In this document: one piece after another, positions 48,111 to 57,080 of the stretch | How positions within the stretch are numbered: the first letter of the stretch is position 1 | How the letters are laid out: every line of letters begins with the position of its first letter | IMG/VR virus record: IMGVR_UViG_3300042997_002652 | Span: 192,001-256,000 of that record | Length of the DNA: 64,000 bases | Reading direction: 5' to 3' (one strand) | Origin: a virus | Lineage: Duplodnaviria; Caudoviricetes | The notes under the pieces: model-generated | Databases searched by the model: none | Seen by the model: the letters and a program-made list of their open reading frames with translations, nothing else | Told to the model about the DNA's origin: nothing | Program-made: the position numbers and the translations under genes

Positions 48111-48468
48111 AGCTATCACTGTCTACTGTAACATTTAATATAGATTTTTTATCTGATTTTGATTGTTTTCTATGTAATCTGCTGCAATTAGCGCATAGTG
48201 TTAATAAATTGGTTGTATCTTTGTTATTTTTATCTGCGTCTTTGTAAACCAAATCAAGTTGACATTTATCTTTTGCTACGAATCCGCAATGCTCACAAAT
48301 TAGTTTTTTATCTAATATATGTTTGTATTTGTCGTTATAAATTGCTTTAGCACAATCACTACAAAATTTGTGCCATAGTTGAAATCCATACTTACTTTTG
48401 CCATTTTTTTTAGCTAAAGATAGCTTACAATGTTTGCATCTGGGGCGGGGTTTTTGTTTTGTTAACAT
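48100..48468 (-). CDS. Cys-rich protein with a degenerate HNH-like zinc domain
   Basis: Three CxxC pairs in the N-terminal half (CKHC, CSDC, CEHC), then QLDLVYKDADKNNKDTTNLLTLCANCSRL, which resembles the HNH core D-H-x-D...N...LCxNCH with the His residues substituted. Confidence 0.55.
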   Translation of the reverse strand: MLTKQKPRPRCKHCKLSLAKKNGKSKYGFQLWHKFCSDCAKAIYNDKYKHILDKKLICEHCGFVAKDKCQLDLVYKDADKNNKDTTNLLTLCANCSRLHRKQSKSDKKSILNVTVDSDSFRI

Positions 48469-48566
48469 CTTTTATTTATCAATAAAAAAGATATTTAGGG
48501 TGCTTAATTAGAGCACTCAGAATAAAAGTTTTAGATAAATACTATATCAGATAATGGAATATTTTC

Positions 48567-50453
48567 ATGGCATCAGAACTTTTTAATTCAATAAGCGGAT
48601 ATTCAACAGGAATACCGCCTAAACAGGTTATAGATTCTACTGGCAACGTAGTAACTAACGTAAATGCCCCTACTTCAAACGTTACTGCAAACACAGTTTA
48701 TGCTAATACGTACAGATATGCTAATGGTGTTTTATTTTCTTCCAATGCCGGCGGAAATAATACTCAGTTACAGTTCAATAATAACGGAGCTTTTGGTGGA
48801 ATACCCAATGTTACTTGGAATGGTAATATTTTATCTTTGGGTAATGTTAATACTGTTTCTATTACTGGCGGAGAAAACGGATACTTTTTACAAACAGACG
48901 GTAGCGGTGGATTAACTTGGTCTCCTGCACAAGGTGGTAATGGAGGCAACGGCAACCCAGGTGGTGCTAACTCACAAGTCCAGTTTAATGATGCTGGTGT
49001 TTTCGGTGGTGATTCAGGTTTTACTTATAATAAAGTTACTAATACTCTTACTGTAGACACTGTATCATCAGCAAATGCAAACATAACTAATGTTTCTGCT
49101 GAAACCGTTACTGCTAACTTCTTTATAGGCGACGGATCGCAGTTAACAGGTATATTACCTAACAATGCTAACTTTGTTATACAGCCAACGCAATCTAATA
49201 TAACACAAGTGGGGACATTAACTCAGTTAACTGTGTCGGGCAATGCAGGTTTTCAATCTAATGTAAATTTAGGGTCAGTATCAAATATACAAATAAGTGG
49301 TGGAATTCCCGGGTATGTTTTAACTACTGACGGTACCGGAAATGTTTCTTGGCAAATTCCCGGAGCTGGTGCCGGCGCCCCCGGTGGATCCAATACAAGT
49401 ATTCAGTTCAACAATAATGGAAATTTTTCAGGCACTACTGCGTTTACATTTAACAATGTGTCAAATGCAGTTAACTTAACTGGAAACTTGGCTATACAAA
49501 ATTTAACTGCAAACAATGCAACCAATTATGGTAATATCATTGCAACAGGAAATATAACTGCTAATGGATTATTTTTTGGAGATGGTAGTTACCTAACAAA
49601 CGTACAAGCTAATGTAGCAAACACCGTAGCAGTTTCAGCACAGCCTAATATTACCTCAGTTGGAACATTAGTAAATTTATCAGTAACAGGAAACATAGCA
49701 ACATCACAAACAGTAAGTGCAAGCGGGTTTCAAACTTCAGGTAATGCTAATGTCGGTATTTTGCGTGTATCAAATACTGCTACTATAACAGGAAATTTAA
49801 CTGCTAACGGAAATGTGAATTTTTCTAATTCTGCAAACATTAATTTGGGATCAGTAGCTAATATACGAATTTCCGGGGGACTAAACGGATACGTACTATC
49901 AACAGACGGATTGGGTATTTTATCATGGGTGCCCCAAGGCGGCGGTGGAAACACATCATCTCCCGGTGGCGCTAATACAAATATTCAGTATAATAAAAAT
50001 AACGAGTTTGCGGGTAATGCATTCTTTACTTACAATGATACAACTAACACAGTGCAAATAGGCGGTCTGATGATTGCTAACACTTTCCAAGTTGGTTCAG
50101 GTGCTTACAAGTTCGGTACTTCATCAGTATATTTTGCAGTAACAGCATCACCGATTAAACAAGTGTTGTATTCTATTCCGGTGTCAGAAGTTTCTGGTGT
50201 AGATTTTGAAATTATAGGAACAGACTCAGTAGGACAAAAAAGACAAGCAGTAAAGATTTCGTCTGTTTATTATGCAGGCATTGTTCAATATAACGAATAT
50301 GCCGGACTATATGTTAACGGAGGAGTCGGGACTTTTATTGTTGAATATAATCCAGGAGATGTAATAAATCCGCCATCTTTAGATTTAAGTGTAACGCCTG
50401 ATACTTCAAACAATACGGTATATAAAATGTTAATCACGATATTAGCACCGTGA
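48567..50453 (+). CDS. Putative tail fiber / virion appendage protein (628 aa)
   Basis: Asn/Gly/Thr-rich, with repeated modules (GG-x-N-x-x-(I/V/L)Q(F/Y)N x4; LG-x-V...I-x-GG-x-x-GY-x-L-x-TDG-x-G-x-(L/V)-x-W x3). TAAATA at 48536-48541. Confidence 0.6.
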   Translation: MASELFNSISGYSTGIPPKQVIDSTGNVVTNVNAPTSNVTANTVYANTYRYANGVLFSSNAGGNNTQLQFNNNGAFGGIPNVTWNGNILSLGNVNTVSITGGENGYFLQTDGSGGLTWSPAQGGNGGNGNPGGANSQVQFNDAGVFGGDSGFTYNKVTNTLTVDTVSSANANITNVSAETVTANFFIGDGSQLTGILPNNANFVIQPTQSNITQVGTLTQLTVSGNAGFQSNVNLGSVSNIQISGGIPGYVLTTDGTGNVSWQIPGAGAGAPGGSNTSIQFNNNGNFSGTTAFTFNNVSNAVNLTGNLAIQNLTANNATNYGNIIATGNITANGLFFGDGSYLTNVQANVANTVAVSAQPNITSVGTLVNLSVTGNIATSQTVSASGFQTSGNANVGILRVSNTATITGNLTANGNVNFSNSANINLGSVANIRISGGLNGYVLSTDGLGILSWVPQGGGGNTSSPGGANTNIQYNKNNEFAGNAFFTYNDTTNTVQIGGLMIANTFQVGSGAYKFGTSSVYFAVTASPIKQVLYSIPVSEVSGVDFEIIGTDSVGQKRQAVKISSVYYAGIVQYNEYAGLYVNGGVGTFIVEYNPGDVINPPSLDLSVTPDTSNNTVYKMLITILAP

Positions 50454-50482
50454 TATTATAAGGAATAAAATAGGAAAATACT

Positions 50483-53400
50483 ATGGCATTAAAACCATTT
50501 AATTCAGTAGCCGGGTTTTCAGTAGGCGAAATACCCGCACTTAATATAATATTAGCAAACGGTGATATCACTGCGTCTAATGCTACTCTTACTGGCAATT
50601 TGGTTATATCAAATGCTAACGCTAGTTGGGGCGTACTAACAAATAATCTTTATTACGCCAATGGTGTACCGTGGGATTTACAAGAAGCAGCAGGCTCAAA
50701 TAATCAAATTCAGTTTAACAATAATAACAATTTTAGTGCTAGTGCTAACCTAACATTTGACCCAGCTACTAACTTACTTACTGTAGCAGGAAACTTAAAC
50801 GCTACCGGAGTGACTGCAAGCACATTAACATCAAATGTTGCAGTAGGTACTGCACCAATAACAGTTACATCCACAACTAAAGTAACAAACTTAAACGCTG
50901 ACTTGCTTGATGGTTATGATTCTTCTACAAGTAATACTGCTAATACAGTAGCAGTGCGTAACGCTGATGGTAATTTAACTGCAAATTATTTTATAGGTAA
51001 CGGATCACAGCTAACTGGCATTGATGCTACTAGCATTCAAAATGGAAATAGTAACGTAAAAGTAGCAGCTAACGGTAATGTTTCTATTAGCGTTACGGGA
51101 ACTTCTAACGTAGTTATTGTTACTGATACCGGTATGAACGTAGCAGGCTACATAAATTCAACCGGCAATGTTACTGTCAACTTAGAATTTCAGGCTAATA
51201 CTGCAAACTTTGATGGCAATGTTACAATGGATAGTTGGTTATCGGTTGCAAACACAGCCAACGTTGGTAATTTACGTACTGATAATCTATTGTATGCAAA
51301 CGGCGTGCCATGGGACATGCAAGAAGCTGCAGGCAGCAACAATGAAATTCAATTCAATATCAATGATAATTTTGCAGCAAGTGCAAATCTAACTTATAAT
51401 GATACTACACAACAGTTTACTGTTTTGGGTAATAGTCAGTTTAATAATGCAAATTTAGGCAACATAGCAACTGCTAATTTTGCTAACATTGCAAGTAATG
51501 TAACTACAAGTAATGCAACAGTTAACTTAGAACTTGCAGGTAATACAGCAAACTTTACAGGTAACATAGCTGCTTTAAACACAAATGCAGGCAATTTATT
51601 AACTGCAAACTTTGCAAACTTTGCAAGTAATGTAACTACAAGTAATATAACGGTTAACTTAGAACTTGCTGGTAATACAGCAAACTTCAGTGGTAATGTT
51701 ATTGCCGCAAACTTTACGGGTGCTTTAGCTAACGGCAATAGTAACGTAAAAGTATACAGCAACTCAAACGTAGAAATCAGTACAAACGGTGTCGCAAACG
51801 TTGCAACATTCTCTGGTAATACATTATTAGTTGTAGGTAATATACAATCAACATCAGGCAACATGCTTGCTAATGGTAACATAAGCGCAAATGGTTTCTT
51901 GAATGGCGGAAATGCAAATGTAACCGGTGAAGCAAAACTAGGTAGTGTATTGACATCAAATATCACTTCAAACGGTAGTTTGACAATCACTGCATCTGGC
52001 ACAAATGAAAATATCATTCTTGTACCTGCGGGCACTGGTACAATCAATGTTAGTTTAAAGAACATCACACAAGTTGCTGCTCCAGTCAATCCAAATGACG
52101 CAGCAACTAAAGAATATGTTGATAGCACAGCACAAGGTTTAACAATACACACAGCAGTTCGTACAACAAGCGTAACTAACCTGAACGCTACTTACGCAAA
52201 CGGTGGCAGCGTATTGACTACAATCGCAATTACCGGCGGCACAACAATACAGTTTAGTGCTGCTCACGGTTTGAGTGTAGATGACGAACTTGCATGGGAT
52301 AACAGTTTCAATGGTATAATCAACAACGATTCATACTTTGTATTCAGCATACCAGCACCCGACACTATCACAGTGAAAGCAGGATATTTCGGTGCTGAAG
52401 TCACAACATTGACTAACGGCACTGGCTTATCACAAACTGCAAGAGCAAACACTGGTGTTGGTGCAACATTAACAAACGCTGGCGCGAATGCGGCAATCAG
52501 TATTGATAGCATCGCACTAGCATCAACAAATAGAGTTCTTGTTCAAGGCCAAACAAACCAGTCTGAAAACGGCGTCTATACTGTAACAACTGTGGGCGAT
52601 GGTTCAACAGCGTGGGTACTAACAAGAGCAACAGCCGAAGATACATATAGCCCAGTAGACACATCGGCACTAGGTTATGGAGACTACTTCTTTGTTCAAC
52701 AAGGTACTAGTTATGCCGGTAGTTCTTATGTACTAACTACACCGGTTAGTGAGATACTATTTGGTTACACAAATATATTATTCAGTCAGTTTAGCGCAGC
52801 AGGTAGTTTCACTGCGGGTAACGGTATTGCTATTACTGGTACAATTATCAGTGCAAACGTTGACGGAGTAACAACAGACATTGTTGGCGGCAATATTGTT
52901 GTTAAATCAAGTGCAAACTTGACTACACCAAATTTGGGCGATGCAACATTTAGCAGTTTGTCATGGAATAATCAAAGCAACGGTAATGTCACAGCTAATA
53001 ACTTGAGTATTGGTAACATTGCAAATATTACTCTTGATTTAACAGTAGGCGGTAATGTTCAGGTCAGTGGTAACATTGACAGTAATGCTAACATCTATAG
53101 CAATAATTCAGATGTAAGTAACTTCTTGACTGTCGGCGGAAACACAACGTCAAACAACATTACATCCAACAATTGGTTGAACACAGCAAATGCAAATGTA
53201 AGTGCTAACCTCATTACAAGTAATGCAACAGTTAACTTAGAACTTGCAGGTAATACAGCAAACTTTACAGGTAACATAGCTGCTTTAAACACAAATGCAG
53301 GCAATTTATTAACTGCAAACTTTGCAAACTTTGCAAGTAATGTTGTAACAAGTAACTTAACTGTTAACTTAGCTTTATCTGGTAATACAGCTAATTTTAC

Positions 53401-53998
53401 TGGAAATATTATAGTCGCTAACGCGAACTTAGGTAACTTAGCAACTGCGAACTTCTTTACCGGTGTATTGATAAATGGCACAAGTAATGTAACGGTTGAT
53501 AATAACAGTAATGTTAATTTAACCGCTAATGGTAACACTACACTTGTAGTAACTAGCACCGGTGCTAATATTACTGGATATGCAAACATCACGGGTAGTG
53601 TGACTGCAAATAACGTTACTATAACAAATAACTTATCTGCTAGCATTGCTAATATCGCTACTAGAATAGATTTAGGTAATACTGATATAGGATGGGATAC
53701 TGTAACAACAACATCAATATCAGCCAATCAGACTATTTCTACTTACGCAGTTTCAGGAATTACTGGAATAGAATTCTTAGTAAAAGGGGTAGATGCTACC
53801 GGAGGTAAATATAGTGTAGCTACTGTTCAAGCAGTTTCAAACGGAACAAGTGTTGATTATGCAACATTTGCTACTGTAAACTTAGGCGGATTAACCGGTG
53901 TATTAGCTGTCAACATTGTAGGTAGTAACGTAGCACTTCAAGTTTCACCTAGTAGTGCTAATTCAACGATATGGACAACACAATATAGGACTATCTAA
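50483..53998 (+). CDS. Putative long tail fiber protein with Asn-rich beta-strand repeats (1171 aa)
   Basis: Many short N-x-T/N-(I/V)-x-A-N repeats. The central PVNPNDAATKEYVD...TNRVLVQGQTNQSENGVYTV...WVLTRA module is common in phage fibers. The C-terminal domain resembles that of the upstream gene. Confidence 0.65.
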   Translation: MALKPFNSVAGFSVGEIPALNIILANGDITASNATLTGNLVISNANASWGVLTNNLYYANGVPWDLQEAAGSNNQIQFNNNNNFSASANLTFDPATNLLTVAGNLNATGVTASTLTSNVAVGTAPITVTSTTKVTNLNADLLDGYDSSTSNTANTVAVRNADGNLTANYFIGNGSQLTGIDATSIQNGNSNVKVAANGNVSISVTGTSNVVIVTDTGMNVAGYINSTGNVTVNLEFQANTANFDGNVTMDSWLSVANTANVGNLRTDNLLYANGVPWDMQEAAGSNNEIQFNINDNFAASANLTYNDTTQQFTVLGNSQFNNANLGNIATANFANIASNVTTSNATVNLELAGNTANFTGNIAALNTNAGNLLTANFANFASNVTTSNITVNLELAGNTANFSGNVIAANFTGALANGNSNVKVYSNSNVEISTNGVANVATFSGNTLLVVGNIQSTSGNMLANGNISANGFLNGGNANVTGEAKLGSVLTSNITSNGSLTITASGTNENIILVPAGTGTINVSLKNITQVAAPVNPNDAATKEYVDSTAQGLTIHTAVRTTSVTNLNATYANGGSVLTTIAITGGTTIQFSAAHGLSVDDELAWDNSFNGIINNDSYFVFSIPAPDTITVKAGYFGAEVTTLTNGTGLSQTARANTGVGATLTNAGANAAISIDSIALASTNRVLVQGQTNQSENGVYTVTTVGDGSTAWVLTRATAEDTYSPVDTSALGYGDYFFVQQGTSYAGSSYVLTTPVSEILFGYTNILFSQFSAAGSFTAGNGIAITGTIISANVDGVTTDIVGGNIVVKSSANLTTPNLGDATFSSLSWNNQSNGNVTANNLSIGNIANITLDLTVGGNVQVSGNIDSNANIYSNNSDVSNFLTVGGNTTSNNITSNNWLNTANANVSANLITSNATVNLELAGNTANFTGNIAALNTNAGNLLTANFANFASNVVTSNLTVNLALSGNTANFTGNIIVANANLGNLATANFFTGVLINGTSNVTVDNNSNVNLTANGNTTLVVTSTGANITGYANITGSVTANNVTITNNLSASIANIATRIDLGNTDIGWDTVTTTSISANQTISTYAVSGITGIEFLVKGVDATGGKYSVATVQAVSNGTSVDYATFATVNLGGLTGVLAVNIVGSNVALQVSPSSANSTIWTTQYRTI
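51505..53343 (+). repeat. 129-bp perfect direct repeat (51505-51633 and 53215-53343) within the 1171-aa fiber gene
   Basis: Base-by-base comparison by eye: tacaagtaatgcaacagtt...ttgcaagtaatgt is identical at both sites, 1710 bp apart and in frame. Confidence 0.85.
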
Positions 53999-54065
53999 TG
54001 ATAGCTTATGTGTTAAAATATGTGATTGCGAAGTACGTATTAAATATGGCTAAGGTATGGAGTAA

Positions 54066-56063
54066 ATGGCAGAAACAAAATTAAATTCTATACAAGGCTT
54101 CTCGGTAGGACCTAATAGCGTAGCTGTAATAGATATAAATTCTAATGTAGCGGCAGCTGCTATTACTGCCAATGGGAATGTTACCTTTACTGGATCAAAT
54201 GTATCTTTAGGTAATGTTTCTAATCTTCATATATTAGGCGGTAATGCTAATCAAGTTTTATCTACAAATGGATCAGGTAACTTATCGTGGGTTGATCCAA
54301 CCGCCGGAGGTGGAAATGCTATTGTTACGATCAGTACTACTCCTCCCGGATCTCCGGTTAATGGGCTACTTTGGTGGGATAGCGAGGATGGTAATAGCTA
54401 CATAAGATATGATGACGGTAATTCAACGCAGTGGGTTTTATTTGCTAGTTTAACTGCTACAATAGGCGCTACTGGTATAACAGGTGCTACTGGTATAACA
54501 GGTGCTACTGGTGCCTCGGGTGCTACAGGTATTACTGGTGCTACTGGATCAGGCGCAACTGGTGCTACTGGCTTAACAGGTGAAGTAGGTGCCTCGGGTG
54601 CTACAGGCCCAACTGGTGCCACTGGATCAGGCGCAACCGGTGCTACTGGCTTAACAGGTGAAGTAGGTGCCTCGGGTGCTACAGGCCCAACTGGTGCTAC
54701 TGGATCAGGCGCAACTGGTGCTACCGGATTAATAGGTGCTACCGGCATTCAAGGAACTCCAGGAGGTGCTACCGGGGCTACCGGCGTAGGTGCCACTGGT
54801 GCTACCGGTGTTCAAGGAGAAACAGGTGCCACTGGAACAGGCGCTACTGGTGCTACTGGCTTAACAGGTGAAGTAGGTGCCTCGGGTGCTACCGGCGTAG
54901 GTGCCACTGGTGCTACCGGTGCTACCGGCATAGGTGCCACTGGTGCTACCGGTGTTCAAGGAGAAACAGGTGCCACCGGATCAGGCGCTACTGGTGCTAC
55001 TGGCTTAACAGGTGAAGTAGGTGCCTCGGGTGCTACAGGTATTACTGGTGCTACCGGTGTGGGTGCCACTGGTGCTACCGGATTAATAGGTGCTACCGGC
55101 ATTCAAGGAACTCCGGGAGGTGCTACCGGTGCAACTGGACTCAATGGAGTAGACGGAGCTACCGGCGCTAGCGGACCTGCAGGTAGCCCCGGCGGGGCTA
55201 CAGGTGCTACCGGTGCAACTGGACTCAATGGAGTAGACGGAGCTACCGGCGCTACTGGATTATCCGGATCCAGGACGTATAATGTAACAAATAGTGGAGC
55301 TAGTGCATTTACAATTGATGGTTCAAATAACCCTGCACTGTATTTGTTACGAGGATTTACATATGTATTTTCGGTAAATGCAAGCGGTCATCCATTTTGG
55401 ATAAAAACTACACCAGTTACTGGTACAGGCAATGCTTATTCTAACGGAGTAACAAATAACGGCACTGCTGTCGGAACTATAACGTTTGCAGTTCCTTATG
55501 ATGCACCTAGCACTTTATATTATATATGTCAATTTCACTCAGCAATGCAGGGTGTAATTAACATTAGTGACGTAGGACCAACCGGAGCAACAGGTGCTAC
55601 TGGACCGATAGCGGGTAGCAACACTCAAATAGTGTTCAATGATGCCAGCACTGCAAATGGTAGTGCTAATTTAACTTTCAACAAAACAACTTCAGTATTA
55701 ACGGTTACAGGCAATATTAGCGTTGCAAATATAACATCTTCTTCTTATTCTATTGCATCAGTGGGAACAGGAATTTCAGCGGCAGGCACTGTACAATCAA
55801 ATGCAACCGGGCTTACAACACAATTTAATGTAGTATCAACTGTAGCTTCAAGTGAAGGAGTTAGATTACCAAACGCTATTGCCGGCATGAGAATAACAAT
55901 CTTAAATACGAGTGCTAATTCGTTATTAGTTTATCCAGAATCCGGCGGTATAATAAATTCACAATCAGCTAATGCTGCGTACTCTCAACCAGCCGGCGCA
56001 AGACTAGATTTTATATCTACTACTACTACTCAATGGTATACTTTGAATGCTACATATAGTTGA
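54066..56063 (+). CDS. Collagen-like (Gly-Ala-Thr-rich) fiber protein with a C-terminal cupredoxin-like domain
   Basis: A Gly-X-Y run dominated by GAT with short interruptions (about 54465-55265). It is followed by [14 protein letters not shown]...GHPFWI...[10 protein letters not shown]. Confidence 0.8.
   Translation: MAETKLNSIQGFSVGPNSVAVIDINSNVAAAAITANGNVTFTGSNVSLGNVSNLHILGGNANQVLSTNGSGNLSWVDPTAGGGNAIVTISTTPPGSPVNGLLWWDSEDGNSYIRYDDGNSTQWVLFASLTATIGATGITGATGITGATGASGATGITGATGSGATGATGLTGEVGASGATGPTGATGSGATGATGLTGEVGASGATGPTGATGSGATGATGLIGATGIQGTPGGATGATGVGATGATGVQGETGATGTGATGATGLTGEVGASGATGVGATGATGATGIGATGATGVQGETGATGSGATGATGLTGEVGASGATGITGATGVGATGATGLIGATGIQGTPGGATGATGLNGVDGATGASGPAGSPGGATGATGATGLNGVDGATGATGLSGSRTYNVTNSGASAFTIDGSNNPALYLLRGFTYVFSVNASGHPFWIKTTPVTGTGNAYSNGVTNNGTAVGTITFAVPYDAPSTLYYICQFHSAMQGVINISDVGPTGATGATGPIAGSNTQIVFNDASTANGSANLTFNKTTSVLTVTGNISVANITSSSYSIASVGTGISAAGTVQSNATGLTTQFNVVSTVASSEGVRLPNAIAGMRITILNTSANSLLVYPESGGIINSQSANAAYSQPAGARLDFISTTTTQWYTLNATYS
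54465..55265 (+). repeat. Low-complexity 9-bp-based repeats (ggtgctact/acc) with larger duplicated blocks encoding the collagen domain
   Basis: Recurring blocks such as [19 protein letters not shown] (4 copies), [20 protein letters not shown] (2) and [13 protein letters not shown] (2). Confidence 0.9.
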
Positions 56064-56093
56064 TAAATATAAAGACAAAGAGAGACTCTTATT

Positions 56094-56432
56094 ATGGCGT
56101 TAAATTTTCCAGACAATCCTACAGTAGGGCAACAATATATAGATCCTAACGGAAACACATGGGAATATACCGGTGTCGTTTGGAACATATTAATTAGTAT
56201 TGAACCCGGCGCTACCGGACCAACTGGTGCTACTGGACCAACTGGTGCTACTGGATTAACAGGGGCAACTGGCCCAGCACCTACTTTTGATTTAGATCCT
56301 ATTACGGCTGCAATCGTTTTTGGTGGTGGAGGATTAGATGAAGCAGGATTAAATCGGTCATCTCAGCGAGTTGCTGAATTGGAAGAACAAATAAGGGCAT
56401 TAGTAGCACAACTAGGAAATACACAATATTAG
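56094..56432 (+). CDS. Small protein with a fiber-type N-terminus and a short collagen segment
   Basis: MALNFPDNPTVGQQY...TWEYTGVVW, then (GAT/GPT) repeats and a short predicted coiled coil. Confidence 0.6.
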   Translation: MALNFPDNPTVGQQYIDPNGNTWEYTGVVWNILISIEPGATGPTGATGPTGATGLTGATGPAPTFDLDPITAAIVFGGGGLDEAGLNRSSQRVAELEEQIRALVAQLGNTQY

Positions 56433-56528
56433 TGATATAAAATTTTATAAAACTCACTAACGAATTAGAGATGTAAGATAAATAAAGATAAATAAATAAT
56501 AGATATAAGTAACATTTGAGAAACAAAT

Positions 56529-56849
56529 ATGCCAACAACATTCACTAATGCAATAGCAAACAACGTAGGTACAACCGACGTAGAAGTTTATACTGCACCA
56601 TCTAAATCAATCGTAATAGGATGTAGTGTTAGCAATTTATTATCTAGTACTGTACCTATTACAATAAAAACACGCAGAGCATCAACTGATACTTTTATAT
56701 ACAAAGATAATCGTATAGAAGCAGGTGACCCCTCTGCATTAATGCAAGGCAACAAATTAGTGTTATTAACCGGTGATAAGTTAGTAGTATCAGCGAAGGT
56801 AGCGGCTAGTATTGATGTGATGTTTTCAATTTTACAAGGAGTATCATAA
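56529..56849 (+). CDS. Small putative virion structural protein (106 aa)
   Basis: Beta-rich (VYTAPSKSIVIGCSVSN...KLVLLTGDKLVV), preceded by tandem TAAATA motifs at 56477-56497. Confidence 0.55.
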   Translation: MPTTFTNAIANNVGTTDVEVYTAPSKSIVIGCSVSNLLSSTVPITIKTRRASTDTFIYKDNRIEAGDPSALMQGNKLVLLTGDKLVVSAKVAASIDVMFSILQGVS

Positions 56850-57079
56850 TGGGCGGATTTTATACCGGTACTGACTTAGCCGATAAAGTATTTTACGGTT
56901 TCAGGCTTACACCAGACGACGGAAATTTAGATATAGAAGTGTTGGACGGTGATCTTCCAGTTTCATTACCAGTACCTTACATAATTGATAAAAATGATTA
57001 TAAACAATGGATTTGGTCTAAAGATACTATTGAGTTTCTTTGGGGTACTAACGGTCATTTACTTATGAGGTTAGTGTAA
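56849..57079 (+). CDS. Hypothetical protein (76 aa)
   Basis: ORF coupled (TAATG) to the previous gene, with its stop 1 nt before the 1448-aa gene. Confidence 0.6.
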   Translation: MGGFYTGTDLADKVFYGFRLTPDDGNLDIEVLDGDLPVSLPVPYIIDKNDYKQWIWSKDTIEFLWGTNGHLLMRLV

Positions 57080-57080
57080 T

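Noticed and set aside
51505-53343. Diversity-generating retroelement template/variable repeat pair
   Set aside because: The two copies are identical with no adenine-specific mismatches, neither is at a gene 3' end, and no reverse transcriptase is in the window.
56460-56510. Tandem ATAAATAA repeats as a special repeat element
   Set aside because: They are better explained as stacked late-promoter-like motifs in very AT-rich intergenic DNA.
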